Shown piece by piece: positions 1 to 7,189 of a stretch of 15,604 nt of DNA. The first letter of the stretch is position 1. Every line of letters starts with the position of its first letter. The stretch is from Candidatus Thorarchaeota archaeon (GTDB taxonomy: Archaea; Asgardarchaeota; Thorarchaeia; Thorarchaeales; Thorarchaeaceae): positions 1 to 15,604 of the forward strand of contig JBHLQH010000057.1 of the NCBI GenBank assembly GCA_048884965.1. Direction: 5' to 3'. Made by a program: the position numbers and the translations under genes. A model generated the notes under the pieces. That model did not search any database. It was not told the origin of the DNA and worked only from the letters and a program-made list of their open reading frames with translations.

Positions 1-678
1 TCTACAGGGAACCTTCTTCTCGACAAGCTCTATGGTGCAGAGATCAAATACTTCCCTGATGCCAATGTTCTGGAGATGAATGAGCACATCGATAGCATTA
101 TGGAAACACTGCAGGATTTTGGTCTTACTCCATATGCTATTCCAGTCGGTGCAGCTATGCCAGTAGGCACAATTGGTTATGCCAATGCGATGTTCGAGCT
201 AAAGGAACAGATGGAAACAACGGGCTTCAAGCCTGAAAAAATCGTTGTCGCAGCTGGTACAGGTAGTACCCTTGCAGGCATGATACTTGGTGCACATGCT
301 GCGGAATTGGATGTGGATATTATCGGTGTTAGTGTCATCTCTAAGGCAAAGGTTGTCGAAGAGCGTATACACGATCTTATTGAGCGGACGATTGAAGCAT
401 ACCCTAACCACTTCGATTCTTTCACCCCTGTATTCTCGATTGATGATCAATTTCTGGGCGAGGGCTATGGGATAATTTCTGATGGTGTGCGAAGTGCAAT
501 AGAGATGTTCGCGAAGATGGATTCCATCCTTCTCGATCCCGTGTATACTGCGAAGGCAGGACTATCCCTCATGCAATTAGCTCTCTCTGGAGCTATTGAT
601 AGCAGGACAAAGACCCTGTTCTGGCATACTGGTGGGATACCTGAGTTATTCACTCATGCCGAGGAATTCTTCATCTAA
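1..678 (+). CDS. dcyD: D-cysteine desulfhydrase / ACC deaminase-family PLP enzyme, 5'-truncated by the window edge
   Basis: Frame is open from base 1 (STGNLLLDKLYGAEI...), upstream of the ORF-track start at 76. Family motifs: GNLLLD..GA, AAGTGSTLAG, YG, LDPVYTAK, FWHTGG. T in DPVYT and HTGG (rather than DPVYE and HLGG) favours D-cysteine desulfhydrase over true ACC deaminase. Confidence 0.88.
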   Translation, partial: STGNLLLDKLYGAEIKYFPDANVLEMNEHIDSIMETLQDFGLTPYAIPVGAAMPVGTIGYANAMFELKEQMETTGFKPEKIVVAAGTGSTLAGMILGAHAAELDVDIIGVSVISKAKVVEERIHDLIERTIEAYPNHFDSFTPVFSIDDQFLGEGYGIISDGVRSAIEMFAKMDSILLDPVYTAKAGLSLMQLALSGAIDSRTKTLFWHTGGIPELFTHAEEFFI

Positions 679-688
679 GAGACAAACC

Positions 689-703
689 TTTTTCTTCTTT
701 CAC
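689..703 (+). terminator. Probable T-rich archaeal terminator after the desulfhydrase gene
   Basis: Pyrimidine/T tract (ctttttcttctttc) about 10 nt after the TAA stop. Confidence 0.35.
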
Positions 704-793
704 TCTGTTTCCTGCACAGGATCGTGTATAGGGCGGATGTGTATTTTCTTCATACACGAGCAGATACACCTCTGAGATTGGAGTGAAGGATAC

Positions 794-1576
794 TTGGTCA
801 ATTGTGATTTTCATCAGGGTCGAGAAGCTATCGCTGAGTGTACGAATTGTGGTCGGATGATGTGCCACGAATGCTCAGGTGTGAGGGACGGTTCTGGTCT
901 ATGCCCATCTTGTCGCGGTGAAAGCAATCGTAGTAGTTATCATGACCAATGGGTCAGTGGATCGGATCCATGGTCTCCGGCTGGTGTTATGGACGATAGG
1001 TCGAGAAGATATATTCGATATGGACTAGCTGGTTCGATAATCAATCTTCTTACATGGGCTTTCAGTACCAGTCAACTACTTCTCATATATGGAGGGGCCC
1101 CAGATTACTTCTCCATATTTCTCATCAGCTTAGGAATCACAGTATCATCGATCATTGACTCACTTCTGATAGGCATTGGGTTTCTAGGGATTGGCTACAA
1201 ATATAACGAACCATCGTGCAAGTATGTCCTCTGGGTCAGTGTATTATATGTGTCAATCTATGGTTTCTATTTTCTGCTCCTGCTATTCGGGATGTACATG
1301 TTTGAGATTACGATGTTTCTTGTCTTGGGACTAACACTATCTGGACTACTGACTACTCTCATTACACTTTATGCACTGTATAGAATACGTGTTAGATCCG
1401 CGAACGTTACTATTACTACATTGCTCATGATTATGGCCATCTCTGGGATTGTATTAACATACTCTCTTGATCTTATTATGGGACTCGGCCTCGGTCTAGT
1501 AAGCGCGGTGCTTTGGATTAGCTTCTTCAGCAAAGAGCAAGGTGAATCAGTAATTGGTACTATCCAGAAGTGGTGA
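794..1576 (+). CDS. B-box-type zinc finger fused to a multi-pass membrane domain, function unknown
   Basis: N-terminal C-x2-H-x8-C-x2-C-x4-C-x2-C-x9-C-x2-C, a polar linker, then about 6 hydrophobic segments. TTG start preceded by a purine-rich ggagtgaagg. Confidence 0.8.
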   Translation: MVNCDFHQGREAIAECTNCGRMMCHECSGVRDGSGLCPSCRGESNRSSYHDQWVSGSDPWSPAGVMDDRSRRYIRYGLAGSIINLLTWAFSTSQLLLIYGGAPDYFSIFLISLGITVSSIIDSLLIGIGFLGIGYKYNEPSCKYVLWVSVLYVSIYGFYFLLLLFGMYMFEITMFLVLGLTLSGLLTTLITLYALYRIRVRSANVTITTLLMIMAISGIVLTYSLDLIMGLGLGLVSAVLWISFFSKEQGESVIGTIQKW

Positions 1577-1677
1577 GATTTATGATATATCGCGGATTTG
1601 GCCAGGTACCAAATCCTCATAATGGTATACTCGAATCCGTTGATATGGACTTGCTCATAGAACTCAGTAAACTCACA

Positions 1678-1700
1678 GAAAAAGATACATGGTTATATAT
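1678..1700 (+). promoter_or_regulatory. Candidate BRE/TATA promoter for the MoxR-vWA pair
   Basis: ttatatat at about 1693-1700, preceded by the purine-rich gaaaaaga, about 45 nt upstream of ATG 1744. Confidence 0.4.
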
Positions 1701-1743
1701 GCCGTTAAACAAACGATACATCGGATCTATGGGGGCATAGAAG

Positions 1744-2661
1744 ATGGAAAGTGAAGAACTACAATTCGCTATAGCTTTTGAAGAGCGAAAAGCCGCTGCG
1801 ACAAAGGAGAAGGTCACCATTGTCATCAAAGAGCAATACCGAGATGCATTTGACATCCTTTCTGATTGTGAAGCTGCAGGACTTATTCCTGGCATTATTG
1901 GACCTCCTGGTGTAGGTAAGACGTTGATTCTTAGGGCGTATGCTGAAAAGAGTGGGAGAAGCTTCACCTGGTTGACCGGGGACGAAGGCGTGAGACCTTC
2001 ACATCTCATTGGCTCTTTCAATCCCGCATTAGTGTTAAAGAAAGGATTCACATTGGAATCCTTCGATCCGGGACCGCTCCTTAAGGCAATGATATTTGGC
2101 GGTGTCTTTGGTCTTAATGAAGGAAATCGATTACCCGAATATGTTCAAAACTCACTACTAGAGCCTTTTGAAGAACTGTCAGTGAACGTACAACGTCTAG
2201 GTCGAGTTAAGGCTCACGAAGATTTCTTTCCAGTAATCACAATGAATCCTGAGGAGATGGCGGGTGCTCATCGTTTGAGTGAAGCATTGCGCGATAGGAT
2301 TCGTGTTTGGGTCCGACTAGGATATCCGAGAAAAGAAACTGAGATAGAAATTGTCAAGGTCAACGCTCCTGAGTACAAGCTAAGTGACAACACTCTTGAA
2401 ACCGTCTACGGACTAGTATCAGCAACTAGGAATAGTACTGATATCGAGATGCCCGCGTCAATCAGAGCAGGTATCTCTATAGCTCGACTAGCGGCACAGA
2501 TGGCAAAGAGAAAGAAGACCAAGGAGGTCACCTATTCAATCCTCTCAGAAGCTGCGACCTATGTACTCACAGGCGCACTACGATTCAGACCTGGTATCGA
2601 CCCTGAACCTGCAGTTAACCAACTGGTTAGGAGAGTAATAGGGTCGAAGGGGACTGACTAA
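1744..2661 (+). CDS. moxR: MoxR-family AAA+ ATPase (AAA_5 type)
   Basis: Walker A GPPGVGKT; helix-2 insert ending in PGPL; Walker B-like VFGLNEGNR; sensor-1 TMNP; Arg finger ALRDR; lid with SIR sensor-2. Followed after 1 nt by a vWA gene, the typical MoxR arrangement. Confidence 0.92.
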   Translation: MESEELQFAIAFEERKAAATKEKVTIVIKEQYRDAFDILSDCEAAGLIPGIIGPPGVGKTLILRAYAEKSGRSFTWLTGDEGVRPSHLIGSFNPALVLKKGFTLESFDPGPLLKAMIFGGVFGLNEGNRLPEYVQNSLLEPFEELSVNVQRLGRVKAHEDFFPVITMNPEEMAGAHRLSEALRDRIRVWVRLGYPRKETEIEIVKVNAPEYKLSDNTLETVYGLVSATRNSTDIEMPASIRAGISIARLAAQMAKRKKTKEVTYSILSEAATYVLTGALRFRPGIDPEPAVNQLVRRVIGSKGTD

Positions 2662-2662
2662 G

Positions 2663-5197
2663 ATGACAGTTGATGCCAACTATCGTCCTGTACCAAGCAG
2701 CGCTCCTGCATTCGCACATGAGTTTGTCTCAAAGATGCGTGCATCTCAAGAGGTGCGAGCGAAGCCTAGTGTTCGGCAGACACAGGCGATTCCGCAGTTT
2801 CTGTCTGCTCGATTCTTTCGAAAGGGCGAGCTCCAATTGGATGATTTTGTGGAAGCAGCTGTCTTTACCTCTTATCCAGCGGATCAAGAGCTAGCCCGTA
2901 TGATTGCCGAAGAGATACTCCTTGGGGTCAAGAAGGAACCCGAGAAACCTAAGCCAACCACAGACGCTCAAGTATCTCAATCCGACTCAAAGACAAACGA
3001 TGCCTTGCAGCAAGTCATGGCACAGATTCGTCGAGAGCAAGAGTTGGCTAAGACCATAAAGAAGGATAAGGTTCAAGCAGGTTTTGACTACCTACAAGAG
3101 CTTAGGAAACGAGAAGATACTACTCTATACAATGCTGCGATGGATTATCTTAAGGAAGGCGATGTTGTACTAAGGGGAATAACCAGTGATGAGGAGCTTC
3201 GATCTCAAGCATCCTCTGAACTCCTCGATAGAATGGGAGGGCTTACAGCCAATGACATTTCCAATGCACAGACACTTGGAGTTCTGGACAATATATGTGA
3301 ATCCAGTTCCTCTGCAGAAGGTCTAGCTGGGAAGGCATTGCGCGGTGACTCTACACTTCAGGAGGAATTCAAGGATCTGGCTCATCGCGACCCAAGCACT
3401 GCTGCAAAAGCTCTCTCTCTTATGGAACAGATGGGCTCACTGGATCAATCGACCTTAGATAGTCTAGATTCAGAGCTCCAGAAGTCCATCAATAATCTTG
3501 GAGAAGCAAGTGACTATGCAAGTCATTTGCACAGGACTCCTGACAATATCCAAGAGCATATCGATGCGGCTGCCAAAGAGTACTCTCTAAGTCAAGCAAT
3601 GGAGTTTGCAGCATCTATCAAGCAGAAGGCAGGGCAAGATCATGCGAAGGATATTATGGATGCCTATGATAGACAATATGACAATGGTGCCCGAAAGAAT
3701 GTGGACATGCAGCAATTAGCTGATGCAGCGATGGATACTGAGAGCTGGAAGAATCTTGTCGAGAAACAGACCCAAGATTTGCTTGACGATGCCATGTCTA
3801 GATCATCACCATCCGACTATCTACGTCAGAAGGTCAAAGAAGCATCTTCTATGATGGCGAAGATGAAGTCCAGCCGACAACGTGAAGCTTGGAGTAAGAT
3901 GATTCAGAAGCTTGCTGACAGGGCTGTAGAGACCTCGCCAAACAAAACTCATCTCAGACAGACTGTTAGAGACCTATCTTCGCATGGTGCCGTACCTTCG
4001 AAGGACGCGATACAAAATACTGGCGAAAAGTTAGGCATGTCTGAGGATGAGATTCTTGAGCTCTTGAACCCATCATTTCAAGTCATCAAGAACCTGATAA
4101 AAATGGGAGTAGATGATTTCGATCGATTGAATAACTTGATGTCATCTGCAGGACTTACTCAGCAGCAACTGAGGGAACTCGCTGACCTTGCGGATCAACT
4201 AGGCAATCAATCTGCTCTAGGAGCTGTTGCCCATCAAGACCTAATGGCAGCGTTAGGTGGACAGCAACCCATGCAACGTGGATATGGAAGAGCCGGAGGG
4301 TCACAGCCTGGCTATGGGCAATTTGATCCTGCAAGAGCCGAGAAAGTGATGGGAGGTCTCTTGGGAGGTCCTGCGACAAATGTGGTTAAGATCTGGTACA
4401 CCTACCGAGACCAGATTCCTGATGAATTACGAAAGAAACTCAAGGATATCGCTCGCAGATTACTAATCGATCTGGGTCAAAGATACGCAAAGGCAACTAT
4501 GGGCTCATCGATGTTGGGAGGTATCCAACAATCAACGACAGTCCGTCCGTTCAGAATTGGCGATGATATTGACCTCATCGACTTGGAAGAGACTATCGAA
4601 TCCATCCTCTCCTCAGGGAGAAGCGATTTTGATGCTTTGAACGCAGAGGATTTCCTCATTACTGAGACATACCAAGGTCATAGAGCGTTCTACTGGGCTC
4701 TTGACAAATCCGGATCGATGCACTCTCCCAACAAATTAGGCATGCTCGCCATATCAGTGATGGCTGGATTATATGGGGTCCAAAAGGACGACTTTGGTGT
4801 GGTCCTTTTTGATAGCGATACCCATATCGTGAAAGAGATAGCTGATAAGACAGTGTCTGTTGACAAAGTTGCAGCAGATCTACTTGAAGTAAGAGCAAGT
4901 GGTGGGACTGGAGGTCAAACTGCCATGAAGCTAGCTCTTCAGAACTTTGAGGATACCCGCTCGAAGGAGAAAATCTTCATCTTTAGCACAGATGCGTATC
5001 TATCAGATCAACAGGAATGTGAGAAACTAGCTGTCCAGATGAAGCATCAAGACATTCAGTTGATTCTTCTGGCTCCTAGATTCGAATACGATGTACAAGC
5101 AGCTGATAAGCTTGCCAAACTCAATCATGGCGTAGTCCTCGATATCGCTTCGATAGAGGAACTACCCGAAAAACTACTGAGGCTCACGAATTATTAG
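2663..5197 (+). CDS. Large vWA (MIDAS) domain protein, MoxR partner, with a long helical N-terminal region
   Basis: C-terminal vWA: ALDKSGSM (DxSxS), FGVVLFD, GGT, IFIFSTD. It is preceded by RPFRIGDDIDLIDLEETI, typical of CoxE/ViaA-like MoxR partners. Starts 1 nt after the ATPase stop. Confidence 0.9.
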   Translation: MTVDANYRPVPSSAPAFAHEFVSKMRASQEVRAKPSVRQTQAIPQFLSARFFRKGELQLDDFVEAAVFTSYPADQELARMIAEEILLGVKKEPEKPKPTTDAQVSQSDSKTNDALQQVMAQIRREQELAKTIKKDKVQAGFDYLQELRKREDTTLYNAAMDYLKEGDVVLRGITSDEELRSQASSELLDRMGGLTANDISNAQTLGVLDNICESSSSAEGLAGKALRGDSTLQEEFKDLAHRDPSTAAKALSLMEQMGSLDQSTLDSLDSELQKSINNLGEASDYASHLHRTPDNIQEHIDAAAKEYSLSQAMEFAASIKQKAGQDHAKDIMDAYDRQYDNGARKNVDMQQLADAAMDTESWKNLVEKQTQDLLDDAMSRSSPSDYLRQKVKEASSMMAKMKSSRQREAWSKMIQKLADRAVETSPNKTHLRQTVRDLSSHGAVPSKDAIQNTGEKLGMSEDEILELLNPSFQVIKNLIKMGVDDFDRLNNLMSSAGLTQQQLRELADLADQLGNQSALGAVAHQDLMAALGGQQPMQRGYGRAGGSQPGYGQFDPARAEKVMGGLLGGPATNVVKIWYTYRDQIPDELRKKLKDIARRLLIDLGQRYAKATMGSSMLGGIQQSTTVRPFRIGDDIDLIDLEETIESILSSGRSDFDALNAEDFLITETYQGHRAFYWALDKSGSMHSPNKLGMLAISVMAGLYGVQKDDFGVVLFDSDTHIVKEIADKTVSVDKVAADLLEVRASGGTGGQTAMKLALQNFEDTRSKEKIFIFSTDAYLSDQQECEKLAVQMKHQDIQLILLAPRFEYDVQAADKLAKLNHGVVLDIASIEELPEKLLRLTNY

Positions 5198-5924
5198 GCT
5201 CGAGGACAAATCCTGTCTTCGCTACGAGACTCTTATCAAGAATGTCTGATACCCAGAACTTGTAGGCTGCTACATAGGAGTCCCTTCTCGAATCAAGGAA
5301 TTTTGACGCAAAGAGGGTACGCAAGACTCTCATGTACCGATAGTATGGAGTGCCAGGTGGTACTATCTCAGCAATCACATTGATCTGATAACTTCGAACA
5401 GTGTTGTCTTTTCCATCCCGCCAGTAAAGATTGAGGCAAGCCCTTGGATCTCGTCGAATATTCATGTAGGTTGCATCGCCATACATCTCAGCCACACCGA
5501 ATCGGAATCTATCGATTTTCTTATCATCAATGAAGATATCACGGTACATCTCGATGCGTTCTTCTATTGTTTCATTGAAGGGTATTCCAGCAAGTGATAG
5601 AAGTCTACCTTCAAGCTCCTCGATTTTCTCCTCTATTATCTCATCGCGTAATGTCAATCTTGCTATCTTCACGGCTGAATTAATGTAGAATGGAGTATCG
5701 AAATTGAATGTACTTACAGTGGGCTTCATTATCGTAGACGCATAAATTGTTCTCATCTTCTCCTCTGGCTCACCCTCAACATCGACTGCTCCAGCTATCG
5801 CCTCATAAAGATCATCTGGAATGGGCTTCAATGGGAATCTTTGCACGATCCCTTTAGTTTCTATTTCGATTTGCCGAAGCTCTCGATCGATCAAACGTAG
5901 ATGAGCAGAGTCACTTGCCATCAC
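5184..5924 (-). CDS. Hypothetical protein with a C-terminal pyridoxamine 5'-phosphate oxidase-like (split-barrel) region
   Basis: Long ORF with GTG-ATG start (ATG at 5921 is an alternative). TYMNIRRDPRACLNL...SYQINVIAEIV resembles the 'T..N+..nP.v.l' PNPOx-like signature. Its 3' end overlaps the vWA gene by 14 nt. Confidence 0.6.
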   Translation of the reverse strand: MMASDSAHLRLIDRELRQIEIETKGIVQRFPLKPIPDDLYEAIAGAVDVEGEPEEKMRTIYASTIMKPTVSTFNFDTPFYINSAVKIARLTLRDEIIEEKIEELEGRLLSLAGIPFNETIEERIEMYRDIFIDDKKIDRFRFGVAEMYGDATYMNIRRDPRACLNLYWRDGKDNTVRSYQINVIAEIVPPGTPYYRYMRVLRTLFASKFLDSRRDSYVAAYKFWVSDILDKSLVAKTGFVLEPNNS

Positions 5925-6076
5925 GACACACCGAATTACTTTGCACTCACTACCATATTAGATTGTGTATGATGAATCATTCAACCCAGAGATAGTTTTG
6001 GGATGACATGGCTGCGGAGACTTAACATATATGTGTGAAATGTCCTTTTTTGTGTAATATAATATGAGGGATTCGC

Positions 6077-6361
6077 ATGGTGGACACCTTTGAGATTGAT
6101 TCGGATGCAAAGCTAGTTGAATGCAAAGGTGATACTGTAGAGCTTGACACAAACAAGGTTCTTGTCTACGTTGACCACGATAATCGAGTTGTATACCTAT
6201 GGAGAGGTAAGAAAGCAAGTCTATTCAAGAAGCTAATGGGAACAAGGGTTGCTGCAAAACTAAGTGACACCTACCGAGAATATCGAATTAGGCCAATAAC
6301 TGAAGACCAAGAACCGGCCGCTTTTCATGATCTTCTAGGAACACCTCGCGACAAGAGGTAA
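6077..6361 (+). CDS. Single-domain gelsolin-like protein (Asgard ProGel-type), putative actin regulator
   Basis: LDTNKVLVYVD...VYLWRGKKAS..KK......A.KL...ITEDQEPAAFHDLLG matches the gelsolin repeat pattern (l.s.dvfild...iyvW.G..as......A..l...eg.Ep..F..ll). Confidence 0.82.
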   Translation: MVDTFEIDSDAKLVECKGDTVELDTNKVLVYVDHDNRVVYLWRGKKASLFKKLMGTRVAAKLSDTYREYRIRPITEDQEPAAFHDLLGTPRDKR

Positions 6362-6385
6362 TGATTACCGATACACAGATAGTCT

Positions 6386-6709
6386 TTGACGACAAAGTGG
6401 ATTTGGGTAGTTCATGTGCGTTATAACTACAGGGCATATCTGACATCCCTAAGGAATATATCACAGGGCCTAGTATCTAGGCATAAGATAACCATGCATA
6501 TGGATTTAGAGATTTGGCAGAAAGTTTCTATTATTGCATCTCAAATTGGGATTGCATCGAGTACAGTACGCTACCATCTGAAGAATATGGAATCAGATGG
6601 ATATGTTGAGCAAAATCCCGAGTCGAGAGAGTGGCGATTGCTTACACAAGATCAATCTCAATTGGATGCTTTCCTTGCACCACGTGGGGAGAAGAAAGGT
6701 CGAAAATAG
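6386..6709 (+). CDS. Winged helix-turn-helix (ArsR-like) protein with a C-terminal PIP-box-like motif; start uncertain (GTG 6416 possible)
   Basis: IASQIGIASSTVRYHLKNMESDGYVEQ...WRL is a standard HTH plus wing. It ends QSQLDAFL followed by a basic tail. Confidence 0.78.
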   Translation: MTTKWIWVVHVRYNYRAYLTSLRNISQGLVSRHKITMHMDLEIWQKVSIIASQIGIASSTVRYHLKNMESDGYVEQNPESREWRLLTQDQSQLDAFLAPRGEKKGRK

Positions 6710-6781
6710 AACCAAATCTTTTGTACCAAACGCAACTCTATTAGCCCGGTTTTTATTAGTATTTCATTAAGAGGCCTGAAC

Positions 6782-7189
6782 ATGAATAAAGAAGAGCTGT
6801 TCTCATTTTGTGAGGAGTGGCTGTCCAGTTGGACCGGAAACCAACCTAACAGATTGCTCTCGTATTATGCGGAAGATGCCCTCTATGTCGATCCTGCGAA
6901 TAGACGCGGGTTAAAAGGACTCGAGGAGATGCGTCATTATTTTGAGAGATTGCTCCGGGTCTATCATGATTGGAAATGGACACCATTGGAGGTCTTCCCT
7001 ACAGATAAGGGAGCTATCGTCAAATGGAAATGTGAGATCCGAGTCGGTCAAGAAGTAGTTGAAGAAGTAGGATTGGATATCGTTGAATTGAAAGATCGCG
7101 TGATAACAAGGAATGAAGTATACTTCGATCGAACGCGATTAATGGCAGCAGTTGAGCGGAAGAAGCAACTCGAAGGGCTGCGACTTTAA
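6782..7189 (+). CDS. SnoaL-like / NTF2-fold protein
   Basis: W...W.....LLSYYAEDALYVDP.....GLEEMRHYF and GLDIVELKDRVITRNEVYFD are typical of SnoaL_2. SD-like gagg upstream of the ATG. Confidence 0.88.
   Translation: MNKEELFSFCEEWLSSWTGNQPNRLLSYYAEDALYVDPANRRGLKGLEEMRHYFERLLRVYHDWKWTPLEVFPTDKGAIVKWKCEIRVGQEVVEEVGLDIVELKDRVITRNEVYFDRTRLMAAVERKKQLEGLRL

Noticed and set aside
1-678. ACC deaminase (acdS) call
   Set aside because: Has DPVYT and HTGG instead of the DPVYE and HLGG diagnostic of true ACC deaminases.
177-868. Short alternative-frame and antisense ORFs over and just after the desulfhydrase gene
   Set aside because: They overlap a well-supported CDS and have no recognisable motifs.
1744-5197. 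Calling the pair Mg/Co-chelatase (BchI/BchD, CobS/CobT), GvpN or CoxD/CoxE
   Set aside because: No chelatase large subunit, gas vesicle or CO dehydrogenase genes in the window, and the motifs only support a generic MoxR-vWA assignment.
794-6361. Zinc finger, vWA and gelsolin domains in neighbouring genes, echoing the Sec23/Sec24 domain set
   Set aside because: The finger is B-box type, the vWA is a MoxR-partner type with intact MIDAS, and gelsolin is separated by an opposite-strand gene; most likely coincidence.
6361-6426. ATG overlapping the gelsolin stop (TAATG), opening a 21-codon ORF; possible frameshifted start of the wHTH gene
   Set aside because: It closes quickly, I see no slippery site, and the wHTH gene has usable in-frame TTG/GTG starts.
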